DNA of 64,000 nt, from IMG/VR virus record IMGVR_UViG_3300042691_042003, positions 1-64,000 of that record, one strand, 5' to 3'. The notes under the pieces are model-generated. The model worked only from the letters and a program-made list of their open reading frames with translations. It did not search any database and was not told where the DNA came from. Position 1 is the stretch's first letter. The number at the start of each line of letters is the position of its first letter. The position numbers were made by a program, and so were the translations under genes. Shown here one piece after another: positions 29,092 to 39,663 of this stretch.

Positions 29092-31176
29092 ATGCCAACT
29101 CCATTAATTAATCCACTTAGAGTACAAGGAGGAACTTTTTATTCTTTTTCATCAGCGGTAACAGATATACAAAAAACTTTTACTGACGATGATGCTAGAT
29201 TTGTTTTTTCTAAATTCGTTCTCCTTAATCTACCTAATGTACAAACTCCTAGTTCAGTAAACTATGAGAATTTTATTGTTTGGGAAGGGATTGGAGGGGT
29301 AGAAGGAGGCGGTAATTCTTCGGTACCAAATCAAACTTTAATTCCTGATGATAATATTAACGTAGCTCAATCTTTTCAAAATTATGTTTTAAATTTTGAG
29401 CAATTAATACTTCAAGGAAAAAATACTTTAGGAAGAGCTTACGATCCTTCTCAATTACATACAGTTTCTGAAAGGATTTTTTGGAAATGGTTAACTCAAA
29501 TTAATGCAATTAGATTTAGGAATTCCAATTCATTAGAAGCTAATACTACTAATAGATATTCAGAATTAGACGAAACTCAATATTATAAAAAGGTAGTAAA
29601 ATATATTGGTGATATTGATGTAGTTAATAACGTTTCAAGAGGAGGACATGCTTATTCGGAGGTTTATATAAATGTTCCTACTCAGCACGGTAGTACTCCA
29701 GCAATACTTTGGAAGACATATGATGATCTAAATTACGGTCCTGGAAGAACTTGGTCTGATGTAGATGAATATATAGAAGGTAGAAATTCTTCTTCTACAC
29801 ATCCTAGTGGATTAGAATTAAGAGCTTTTTATGATGAAGAAACTACAAATTCTTATAAAACTCGTTCATCTTTTGGATTAGTATCTAATGATGAAATTCA
29901 AGTTGTTGCTGATGGCGGAGGATCGCAAAAAGATGTTAGACTTTCTAGAATGGACGGTGCTATAATTGATTTCGATCCGGTTAATTATACTTCTATAGCA
30001 AATGATCCTTCAATTTCTAAAATCACTGAATTAAATTCTACCGATGCGGCAGGAGACTTTTCGTTTAATGCAGTTTTAGTCTATTATGATTCTTATTTAG
30101 GTTCTCAGCCTGATAAATCTGCAACAAATCTATATGGAATTCTTTTTCTAGACGATTATGCAAATTTTGCTAGTACTTCAGAGTTAAAAAGATTCGATAA
30201 ATTTAAACCTAATAAGGTTACTAAATTAAACGGAAATGGTTATAGCTTTAAACTTGATATTAAATTCGATACTTCCGTTTCTAATTCAGGTGTTGAGACT
30301 TTAATCAACGATTATAATACATTTTCTATGGATTTATTTATCGATGCTTCTACGAGAATGCAAGAAGCTGGAGATATGTTCTTAGAAACAGAATTAGATA
30401 TTATTGATATAAAGAAAAGGATTGATACTTTAGAATCATTTCTTTTCACTCAAGCTCAGTTAGATGAATTTTCTAGGAGAATTTCTTCTTTAGAAAAGAA
30501 TTTAAATAATGCTAAGTTATCGTTTTCCGATTCGACTACTCTTTTAGATCTAATTAATAAAAATGCTGATAATCTAAATCAAATCCTTTCTGGAAATCTT
30601 TCAGTAGATTTATCATATAATACAAACGTTCTTAGACAAGGAGATGGTTTATTTTTTGATAGGTCGGTTCCTAATCAATTAACAATTAATAATAAAGTAC
30701 AAGAATATAATAGCTTTTCTTTATGTAATAATAATGTTGATACAAATAACAATCCTAAAGGATCTCTTCTTTCTACTTTTGATAACGGTCTTAATATAGG
30801 TGCTACCGGAGATAATAATATCCTTTCTTTAGGACCTTATACAAATTATTATAGAAATGTCACTGATAATCATCCTAATATAGATCTTAATACAGGGATA
30901 GAAGATTTTCAAGATGATATGTACATAAATATAAATGATTTTAATTATTCTTGGAAAGTCGGACAAACCTTTAGAATAGTTTTTGATAATCCTATAAATC
31001 TAAACGGATTTTCAATATTTATTAGGACTGATTCTAAAAATAAATTTGGTAATGGTGCTTACGAAGTTTATATCGGAACAATAACTCCTTCACAAATAAT
31101 GAGTAATAAACCTATAATAGAAATAATCTGTACCGACGAAAATTTATATAAATTCAACATAGACATAATCAGATAA
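29092..31176 (+). CDS. Virion structural protein (baseplate/tail) with coiled coil
   Basis: 694 aa in the structural operon; heptad region around aa 430-510. Confidence 0.5.
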   Translation: MPTPLINPLRVQGGTFYSFSSAVTDIQKTFTDDDARFVFSKFVLLNLPNVQTPSSVNYENFIVWEGIGGVEGGGNSSVPNQTLIPDDNINVAQSFQNYVLNFEQLILQGKNTLGRAYDPSQLHTVSERIFWKWLTQINAIRFRNSNSLEANTTNRYSELDETQYYKKVVKYIGDIDVVNNVSRGGHAYSEVYINVPTQHGSTPAILWKTYDDLNYGPGRTWSDVDEYIEGRNSSSTHPSGLELRAFYDEETTNSYKTRSSFGLVSNDEIQVVADGGGSQKDVRLSRMDGAIIDFDPVNYTSIANDPSISKITELNSTDAAGDFSFNAVLVYYDSYLGSQPDKSATNLYGILFLDDYANFASTSELKRFDKFKPNKVTKLNGNGYSFKLDIKFDTSVSNSGVETLINDYNTFSMDLFIDASTRMQEAGDMFLETELDIIDIKKRIDTLESFLFTQAQLDEFSRRISSLEKNLNNAKLSFSDSTTLLDLINKNADNLNQILSGNLSVDLSYNTNVLRQGDGLFFDRSVPNQLTINNKVQEYNSFSLCNNNVDTNNNPKGSLLSTFDNGLNIGATGDNNILSLGPYTNYYRNVTDNHPNIDLNTGIEDFQDDMYININDFNYSWKVGQTFRIVFDNPINLNGFSIFIRTDSKNKFGNGAYEVYIGTITPSQIMSNKPIIEIICTDENLYKFNIDIIR

Positions 31177-31177
31177 A

Positions 31178-34100
31178 ATGAACACGAAATACTCATTAAC
31201 TACACTTCTAAGTAATTTATTAAAACTTCAGAATAATGGATATCAGATAATAACATCATTATCTGATGTTGTTTCTTCTAGTTCAGATACTGTTGGTGTT
31301 GATGTAATGGATTCAACTGGAGTTATACAAAAAGTTTATATTCCTTCTTATGGATCTTTGAAGAATCAATTAGTAAAGCTAGAAAGTGATATAAAAAATA
31401 TTTCTGGTATAGGAGATACAACTTCTTCGGTTCAGCTTTCAGATGGAACTTTTAGAAAAATTTTAGTTTCTTCTCTTCAAAAAGAAGCAGAAGATATTAA
31501 ATCTATGTCAGTTCCTACTAATTTTAATAAAAGAGAAAATTGGTTCTTTGAATCATTTATGAATCCTCTTTTATATGTTTCTTTTGATCTTACTGGTCAA
31601 GTAAAGTACGAAACTGAAAATATAGAAGTTGCAAGATATATTCTTAATTTAGATTCAGATCAAAAAGTAAGAGTATTTAATCAGAATTTTAACGGTAAAT
31701 CCGATATTGCATTTGAAAAATTTGTAAAAACTATTTTAGATAATAATATAACTTTCTTTTTAGATAAAGAAGTTATTGATATGCCACCCAGAAAATTAAG
31801 ATTTTCTGGTAATTTTACGGTTACAAATATGACAGACGTAACTGTAGATGAAACTATTGATAGTGCTACATTCCAAAAAAGAATTTTAAGGCTACAATTA
31901 GATACACTTTTTTATAATGATAGTCAATCAAGATTTCAAAAAACACAACAGCTAAAAATAGGTGATTCTTTAGTAGTTAATAAAGGTCTAAAAAATACTA
32001 GATATAAAATTACTTCGATAGATTCTTCTACTAGATCCATAGATATTAGATTAGTAGAAGGATTTGATGTAGTAACGATTGGTACTGACGTTTTATCTTT
32101 TTACGGAGAAGAAAAATCTACTGTTACTGCAGATATTAATATAGGTTTTAACGAATATTGTGTAATTTTTGTTAAGCCTATAGATCCTGATTCTAGAATA
32201 CAATCAGTTAATTGGTCACCTGGAGTCGGAATTTATACGAATAATCTTTCAATCGTAGATCCGAAAACCGGTAATTCTACTACATTATCTACATTTTATC
32301 AAAATGAAGTTGTAGATTTTGGAGCTTATTTATATTCAACCGTAAAAGATAAAACACCTCCTTCAATATTTGGAATTTATCCAGATCCTCCTACAATACA
32401 ATCTTCAGATTTTAAAGTTTTTCAGATAAATCAACATTTAACTGAATCTGGATCTTTAACTAAATTACAGAAGCTACAATCAGAAAAGCTAAGAATACAA
32501 TCTCAAATACAATCTAACGATAAATCTATTTTAGATTTAAGAACTAAGATTCAAACTACTAAGTACACTTCTGAAAAATTAAAAGATGTTGACGAAAATC
32601 AGCTAACAAAATTAATTAATGAAAGAGATTCTCTCTCTTCTCTCTTTGCTTCTTCTATTGATGAGATTAATAAGATTTCGGTTTCCGAAGGGGCCGAAAA
32701 TTTAACTCCAAAATATCGTCTTAGAGGATTCTTTTCTTATCCTAAACCGAAAACTTCAGATAGAACTTCTCCTCAAGAAGTAGTACAATTTATCATACAA
32801 TATCGATATGTAAAAAAAGACGGATCAGCAAATCAACCTCAACAAATTACTTTTACTGACACGGACGGTCAAACTAGAAGAGGAACTTTTTCTAATTGGG
32901 TTCAATATGTTACTGATGTAAGAGAAAGGAAAGTAGATCCTAATACTGGTAAAGCTTATTGGGTTACTGAAGATTTAGAAAACGCTGATTCTGTTAATAT
33001 TAATCAAGTAGATATTCCTATACAACAAGGAGAAGGAATTGAATTAAGAATTAAATCTATTTCTGAAGCTGGTTGGCCAGTTACTCCTTTAAAATCAGAT
33101 TGGTCTACTATTGTTAAAATTGATTTTCCGGCAGAATTCGAATCTTTAGCCGATGCAAATTCTATAATAGAACAGGCTAAGAAGGATTCGGTTAAAGTTG
33201 ATCTTCAAGCAGAAATAACTAGTATGAATCTAGATAAAATTTCGGATCAATCTTTTACTCAAGGAAATAAATTTTTTGTTTCTGATTCTATGCATATAGC
33301 TTCAGGATTTCTTACTTCTGAAAATAATATAATTTCCCTTTATGATAAATTAGTTTCATTAGAAACTGAATTATCAAAAATCAGAGCTCTCGTTACTGTT
33401 GCTAAAGGAACTCTCTCGGTTAGAATTGTCGATGAATCTGGACAAGAATATAAAGTAGAAAATAATTCTACCGTTAAAATATTTGCTGGAAATTATAGAG
33501 ATGAAGTTCAATCATTACAAGTTCAAAAGGGTGTAATTCTTTCTAAAAATTATTTTGTTAAAATATCTAATTCTTCAGCTTCTACATTAGAAATGTATTC
33601 TAGGATTTACGGTTCTAGATTTGATAGAGTTAATTATTCTTTTAATAATAATGATGAAGACGCTAATTTTAATCAAAATGATACTGATTATAATAACATA
33701 AGAAGATATGATTATGTTCCTGTAGGTCTTTCCAATCCTGACCCTGATCATGTTGAACAATATGGATTTATTAGAAATTCTCCTGATCAATCTTCACAAG
33801 TTAGAGGTCAATTTATAAACTCTCGCTATAGATCGGTTGATGGAAAAAGATATTTATACAATAAACCTTTTAATCCTACTGTAGCCCCTGGATCTGGTGT
33901 AGCTCCTTTAATATTTTCTTCTGATGGGTATGTTTCCGGTTTTAATGGAACATGGGGTCAAGCTACTACAGTAGATCAAATGGAATATACAATTCATCAA
34001 CCATTTGCTTCTGGATCTTCAGCATTTAGTGGAAGTAGTTATTTTATATGGTCCGGACTTAATAATATCAGTTTTTTAATAGGTGCATCCTCTGCAACAC

Positions 34101-34789
34101 AATCACCAGATTATCTAAGTAATATATTTGTACATCAAAATCATCCTGATATACAATCTTGGATCGACGAGGCCTCTGGTCTTTCAGTTAGTGCTTATAC
34201 TATAGCTAAAAAATATATTAGAAATTCTAGATTAGGAAATATACCTAAAGGTTATATAAATTCGGATATACAAAATGCTTTTTTTTATGAAGGTATCGGA
34301 ACTACTGCTAATAATTATTGTAGAGTTTCTTTTGATGATAACGATCAATATTTATTAGGACCTAGGTCAGTAGGTGCTTATTTATTTTTAAATCCTAAAT
34401 CTCATAAAGAAATGATTGTTAATGGATCTGATTCTATTTCTATGAAAACTTTAGAATTTGGAAATGAAAATGCAATTACAATTCCAATAACATTTCAATA
34501 TAGAATGACGGATTATTATGGGGCCGGAGATGTAGGTACAGGTAATGTTGCTGGATTATTAACTTCTACTTCTAGTACAAATTTAGAATATACAAAAACC
34601 ATAGGTATCGATATTTATTCTAACCCAAAAGATAAAGATAGATTTTCTTTTGACTTAGAAGTTACTGCTAGATACTATTCTACTTCTTCAGTTACCAAAG
34701 ATATTCCTACTAGAACTTTTGAAACAGCTATAGACGATCTTGCTAAAGTCGTAAAATCTATAACTCCTACTACATCTAGAGATGTTTAA
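31178..34789 (+). CDS. Large virion structural protein with coiled coils
   Basis: 1203 aa in the structural operon. Confidence 0.5.
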   Translation: MNTKYSLTTLLSNLLKLQNNGYQIITSLSDVVSSSSDTVGVDVMDSTGVIQKVYIPSYGSLKNQLVKLESDIKNISGIGDTTSSVQLSDGTFRKILVSSLQKEAEDIKSMSVPTNFNKRENWFFESFMNPLLYVSFDLTGQVKYETENIEVARYILNLDSDQKVRVFNQNFNGKSDIAFEKFVKTILDNNITFFLDKEVIDMPPRKLRFSGNFTVTNMTDVTVDETIDSATFQKRILRLQLDTLFYNDSQSRFQKTQQLKIGDSLVVNKGLKNTRYKITSIDSSTRSIDIRLVEGFDVVTIGTDVLSFYGEEKSTVTADINIGFNEYCVIFVKPIDPDSRIQSVNWSPGVGIYTNNLSIVDPKTGNSTTLSTFYQNEVVDFGAYLYSTVKDKTPPSIFGIYPDPPTIQSSDFKVFQINQHLTESGSLTKLQKLQSEKLRIQSQIQSNDKSILDLRTKIQTTKYTSEKLKDVDENQLTKLINERDSLSSLFASSIDEINKISVSEGAENLTPKYRLRGFFSYPKPKTSDRTSPQEVVQFIIQYRYVKKDGSANQPQQITFTDTDGQTRRGTFSNWVQYVTDVRERKVDPNTGKAYWVTEDLENADSVNINQVDIPIQQGEGIELRIKSISEAGWPVTPLKSDWSTIVKIDFPAEFESLADANSIIEQAKKDSVKVDLQAEITSMNLDKISDQSFTQGNKFFVSDSMHIASGFLTSENNIISLYDKLVSLETELSKIRALVTVAKGTLSVRIVDESGQEYKVENNSTVKIFAGNYRDEVQSLQVQKGVILSKNYFVKISNSSASTLEMYSRIYGSRFDRVNYSFNNNDEDANFNQNDTDYNNIRRYDYVPVGLSNPDPDHVEQYGFIRNSPDQSSQVRGQFINSRYRSVDGKRYLYNKPFNPTVAPGSGVAPLIFSSDGYVSGFNGTWGQATTVDQMEYTIHQPFASGSSAFSGSSYFIWSGLNNISFLIGASSATQSPDYLSNIFVHQNHPDIQSWIDEASGLSVSAYTIAKKYIRNSRLGNIPKGYINSDIQNAFFYEGIGTTANNYCRVSFDDNDQYLLGPRSVGAYLFLNPKSHKEMIVNGSDSISMKTLEFGNENAITIPITFQYRMTDYYGAGDVGTGNVAGLLTSTSSTNLEYTKTIGIDIYSNPKDKDRFSFDLEVTARYYSTSSVTKDIPTRTFETAIDDLAKVVKSITPTTSRDV

Positions 34790-34809
34790 GATAGAATAAA
34801 TATTATGAA

Positions 34810-37800
34810 ATGGCTGTTATACTTAAAAGAACCTCATTTGGATTAATAAGGACTAATCCAAAATTAACAACTAACATAAAAATAGTTGCAGATTCTAAAA
34901 ATCAAGTTTTTTTAGAATCTATAGATGCTGATCCTTTACTTACTAAATCTATATACAAAGGATTTGAAGTTACTGGAGGATCATATCAAAACGATTTAAG
35001 AAGATTTTATTCTCAAGGTACTCTTCCTCTTCCGAAAAGTATAGCTTATAAGGTTTATGAAAAGGATAAATCTTTAGAAGTTAAAAATCGATATAAAGAT
35101 CAATACGATTTTACATATGCAATGGGGATGCAACCAAAAAATTCTAGAATTTATTCTGAAGAATTTTCTTTATTTTCCCCTTTATGGGTTGAAAAAGATT
35201 CAATTCCTGATTATTTTGTAATTTTTAAATTAGATGGTCCAGTAACTCTAGATTATAATTCTTATCCATCTTCTTTTAATTTAGATTCATCAAAAGAATT
35301 AAATAATTTAATAGTAAATCCTACTTATTTTTTTAATAATTTTTTAAAAGATTCTAAAATTATAAAAACTTTTAGTTTAAAGGATGATTCTTTCATAGGA
35401 AAGTATATCAGAGATTATGTTAATGATGAACTCTTCCCTGAAGCATCTCTTTATGCTTCTTTAGATAAACAAAATTTATCTTATTGGAATGGTATTTCTT
35501 ATGATCAAGGAGGATTTTGTAAAAAAGGAGAAAATATTTATAAAGAATACACCATTGTAGATAAAACGATAACTGAATCCGACGATTTCATAACTATGGG
35601 ATTTTATAGAAATTCCGTAGTTCATCCTAATATTCTTAATATTGAGTTTTTATTTGATGATGAAGATCAAGAAAAATATAAATTTAGTAGATATTTTGGA
35701 TTATATGTTTCTGAAGCCGAATTAGGAAAATTTGAAATAGATGGTAATCGTTTATTTTTAGATAAGGATAATGAAGAATCTCAACTTCCTAAACCTATAA
35801 AAAATAATGTAGGTTATCTAGATGAAACTAGAAATCAATTACAGGCAAACAAAAGAGGAATTAAAGTATATCCTAAATTAAGTATAGGAGGTACCTCTAT
35901 TTACCAAGGAAGACTAATAGAATGGTCTGAGGTTCAATCCCCTAGATTTCCTTATATAAAAGACGTTAATGGAAATTTTTATTCAATAAATCAAACCAAT
36001 GATTGGAACTCTTATACTTCATTAACAGGAGGAACAGGGATTATTGATAATCGATACTTAAGAATAAAAAATCAAAAGATTAATTGGAAGAATTTTAGCG
36101 GAATGACTCAACCTATTGGATATGTTGATTATTTGAAAACCGATAAAAGAGGAAGGCCTAGTTTTTCATTTAAGGTTGAATCTAAAATTACAGATGGAGA
36201 TCAAATTAGAATACAATTAACCGATTGGACAGATCCTAATCAGATTGATGAAATAAATTATCATACAATCGTTGCAGATTCTTCTTTATCAGCTGGAACT
36301 TCAAACGGATTAGTATTTAGTACAAAAGGAACTCTTCAACAAGTTGCATTTTCAATATCAAAATGTATTAATAATATTCAAGAAATTACGAGAGAAAATA
36401 AAATATTTTCCTCAATTTCTATAGGAAATCGAGTTATCGTTTTTTGCAGGGTAGATTCGGAAAATTGGAATAAAATTAAATACTCTCTATTTTCAACTTC
36501 TTTTACTTTTCCTTGGAGTTTACCTAATAAAAATATTTCAATAGAACAAAAAACTTATTTACCTTCTCCTATAGAAACTTCAGTTTTAATTTCAGGAAAG
36601 TATTATGAATCTAATTTTACAGGAGGAAATGATAAACCTAATACTAGATTTGTCATTAATTCTGAAGATTTAGATGATTTTTATGATTTTATAGATCCTA
36701 TATATGTTAAAACTAATTTAGGATTTGATACAATCGGAGATTATTCAATGTATTTAGATGAACCGATTTATAACGAAAGAGGAATAATAATAGGTTTTAA
36801 TAATTTAGAAAAATATTTGGTTTTAGAAACTAAAAATAAAGAGGATATTGTATTTTATTCTTCTAAAAAAATATCACTCTTTCAATCTTTAAAAAATTCT
36901 TTAGGATTCTTAACAATTTTTCCTATTAGAGATTTTGATTTTGATTTTAGAGATACAACATATGTTAAAGATTCAGATTCTTCTTTAACCGATTTTAATA
37001 ATTGGTATAAAGGATCTACATCATATGGTCCTACTGCTACTTTTTCTTATGCTACAATAGGAGTTACTGCTCAAAGATTTATAAAGCAAATTTCTGCCGA
37101 TGATTCTGATTTTGTTGTTTCTGGGAAATTTTCTTCTATTAAAGGAATCCAAGCTACTGAAGTTAGTGATAAGAAAATAACTTTAGTGAATGAATATGAT
37201 AGATTAAAGGAGAATGATATTAGCGAAATAGCTCTTTCTTCTAGAGTTGTTCCTTTTATTAATAAATGGGTTTATGATAATGAATCTGTTGATATTAGAG
37301 AAAATCCTTATCGATTAAATGTTGATCAAGCTTTCGGATATTCTAATTTTTCTCCTTCTTTTGAAGAAGTAAAAAGAAATCCTAAATTTTTTACACATGA
37401 ATGGTATTATTTACAGAAATACCCACCTTACATGTCATTTGAACAAAAGCTAAATTCTTATTCATATTTCGATGAAGATTTAAATTTTCCTAATATACCT
37501 TTTCCAGGAACTTTAGGATCCACTTCTACTTATAATACTCTGACCGGTTCTACCGGAAATTTACTTTCTATAAAAGAAGATTATTTTCTATCTTATTTTA
37601 CAAGAGAAACTATAGGAGGATCTGCTATTCCTAGAGATTTTAAATATTCTATTTTTGAATATGGAGATGATATTAATTTTTCAGAAACTCTATTTAGAGG
37701 AGTAAAAGTTATTCTTAAAGATAGAACTGAATTTAGTGATATCAATTTCAATATTCCTTCACTTAATTTTGTTTCTAATCCCATTTATAATGGATATAAG

Positions 37801-39651
37801 TTTTCATGCGTCCTTACATATTCTAATGCAGGAACTCAAATGACTTTTTTAAAAAATGATAAATGGAAAAATTTAACCTTAGTTATTCAATCAGAATTAA
37901 GAGATCCTATACTTCTTTCATATAATGCTGGAGGTACTTCTCATAATTTTATAGATAGATCATCTTTATATACGTTAAATCATAAAATAGGATCTACTGC
38001 TTCTACTTTAGATTATATTGATACTAATTTATCTGGTACTATTTATAAATGGGAATGGCAACCTTCTCCTCAAAGATGGAAAATTTACGGGAAAGCCGAT
38101 TTAAATGGAAATCTTCCTAATTTTAAAAAAGAATTAGTTCTTAACGAAAACGGTACATATAATGATGTAAGGCTAAAAAATCCTCAAGGAAGAATTATAG
38201 ATATAACTCAAATTTCAGAAGTTACTGAATCGACTTTCTTATGTTCTCTTAATTTTTTAGGAATCCCTGATTTAAATGACAATTCTCCAGATAATCTAGA
38301 AATAGAAGATGGTCAATTTAAACAAATTCCTTCTACTTGGCAACAGAGTAGTTCTGTTACTTCAGGTATAGGAGGTGAAATAGTTGCTCTTATATCATCT
38401 ACTCCAATACACTTAGGAGGTGGATATAATGCTTATCTACCTATAACCGAAGAAATTTCTTTTGCTACTTTAGCTGATAAAATAAATAGAGGAGATCCAG
38501 AAATAAAGTATGTGAATGTTGATGAAAATGGATCTATCACTTTTAATGATTATGTAGTAGAATTAAGTAAACCTGATTTCTTAATGAAAGGAACCTATTT
38601 AAATGTTATTCCTTATAGAGAAAAACCTTCGAAATTAAGAACCGTTTCTAAAACTATTGGATATGAAATCTCTGCTCTTCCGAGGATGAGTGTTAATGAA
38701 ATTTCTAGATATCGTGGATATTATAATCCTAAATGGAGAGATTTAATTAAGTTTATAGATACAGAAGAAATAAAAAATATGAAGGATATTAACGGCAATC
38801 ATCTTACGTATAATAATATCCAAATATTAACGGATGAAGGTTATGTAAAAGATTCGAATATTTTAACTCTTAAGAATTATTATTTTAATAAGGTTAATGT
38901 AGAATCACCTACAATTCTTCTTCGAAGTGATACAAAAATAGGAACCGTTTTCCCTATTTTAGGTGAAATAGCAATAGATTATAAAGATATTTTCCTTTTT
39001 AAATCTAATTGGGACACTTCTTATTATACAAAAAATACTTCTTCTACTACACAGGTTTCCGTTATAGGGGCTAGGGATCCTAAAGAAAATAAATCTTTTT
39101 TTGGATCTAAAATTATTTCTATGCCTTCTCAAATAAACTTGGAAAAATTTCCAGAAGGAGTTATAAGTGAGGTAGATCTACAATCCCCGGAAAAGATTAA
39201 AAAAATTCCTCAAAATATTACGTTTTCTATTAAAAGTAAAAAAGAATCAAAAACTTTAACTATTAATGTTTTTTCTTCTCTTGCTTTAGAAAATTTTTTA
39301 ATATCTGATGGATTTGGTACTGAATTTTATAAGTATATTGATCCAAATTATTCATTCGGAAGTAGAAATCAAGAAGACGACATTAAAAGTTACATATCGG
39401 AAAATATAACAGAAAGATATGTGGTAAAAGATATTATATTTTGGGAAAAATATCCAAAAAGAGGAGAGAATTTACCTAAAATAGAATATAATCTATCAGA
39501 TGAACAAAAGGTTAAAGCAGGATATGTTAAAACTAAAAATTTCCAAACTATTTTTAGAAATCCTGATGACCTAGATTTTAAATTGATATATAATATACCA
39601 CAAGATAGAATATATTCAGTGGCATTTACCGTCATTTTAGAGAAAAAATAA
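34810..39651 (+). CDS. Very large virion structural protein
   Basis: 1613 aa in the structural operon; no enzyme motif recognised. Confidence 0.5.
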   Translation: MAVILKRTSFGLIRTNPKLTTNIKIVADSKNQVFLESIDADPLLTKSIYKGFEVTGGSYQNDLRRFYSQGTLPLPKSIAYKVYEKDKSLEVKNRYKDQYDFTYAMGMQPKNSRIYSEEFSLFSPLWVEKDSIPDYFVIFKLDGPVTLDYNSYPSSFNLDSSKELNNLIVNPTYFFNNFLKDSKIIKTFSLKDDSFIGKYIRDYVNDELFPEASLYASLDKQNLSYWNGISYDQGGFCKKGENIYKEYTIVDKTITESDDFITMGFYRNSVVHPNILNIEFLFDDEDQEKYKFSRYFGLYVSEAELGKFEIDGNRLFLDKDNEESQLPKPIKNNVGYLDETRNQLQANKRGIKVYPKLSIGGTSIYQGRLIEWSEVQSPRFPYIKDVNGNFYSINQTNDWNSYTSLTGGTGIIDNRYLRIKNQKINWKNFSGMTQPIGYVDYLKTDKRGRPSFSFKVESKITDGDQIRIQLTDWTDPNQIDEINYHTIVADSSLSAGTSNGLVFSTKGTLQQVAFSISKCINNIQEITRENKIFSSISIGNRVIVFCRVDSENWNKIKYSLFSTSFTFPWSLPNKNISIEQKTYLPSPIETSVLISGKYYESNFTGGNDKPNTRFVINSEDLDDFYDFIDPIYVKTNLGFDTIGDYSMYLDEPIYNERGIIIGFNNLEKYLVLETKNKEDIVFYSSKKISLFQSLKNSLGFLTIFPIRDFDFDFRDTTYVKDSDSSLTDFNNWYKGSTSYGPTATFSYATIGVTAQRFIKQISADDSDFVVSGKFSSIKGIQATEVSDKKITLVNEYDRLKENDISEIALSSRVVPFINKWVYDNESVDIRENPYRLNVDQAFGYSNFSPSFEEVKRNPKFFTHEWYYLQKYPPYMSFEQKLNSYSYFDEDLNFPNIPFPGTLGSTSTYNTLTGSTGNLLSIKEDYFLSYFTRETIGGSAIPRDFKYSIFEYGDDINFSETLFRGVKVILKDRTEFSDINFNIPSLNFVSNPIYNGYKFSCVLTYSNAGTQMTFLKNDKWKNLTLVIQSELRDPILLSYNAGGTSHNFIDRSSLYTLNHKIGSTASTLDYIDTNLSGTIYKWEWQPSPQRWKIYGKADLNGNLPNFKKELVLNENGTYNDVRLKNPQGRIIDITQISEVTESTFLCSLNFLGIPDLNDNSPDNLEIEDGQFKQIPSTWQQSSSVTSGIGGEIVALISSTPIHLGGGYNAYLPITEEISFATLADKINRGDPEIKYVNVDENGSITFNDYVVELSKPDFLMKGTYLNVIPYREKPSKLRTVSKTIGYEISALPRMSVNEISRYRGYYNPKWRDLIKFIDTEEIKNMKDINGNHLTYNNIQILTDEGYVKDSNILTLKNYYFNKVNVESPTILLRSDTKIGTVFPILGEIAIDYKDIFLFKSNWDTSYYTKNTSSTTQVSVIGARDPKENKSFFGSKIISMPSQINLEKFPEGVISEVDLQSPEKIKKIPQNITFSIKSKKESKTLTINVFSSLALENFLISDGFGTEFYKYIDPNYSFGSRNQEDDIKSYISENITERYVVKDIIFWEKYPKRGENLPKIEYNLSDEQKVKAGYVKTKNFQTIFRNPDDLDFKLIYNIPQDRIYSVAFTVILEKK

Positions 39652-39663
39652 AAATATTTTTCA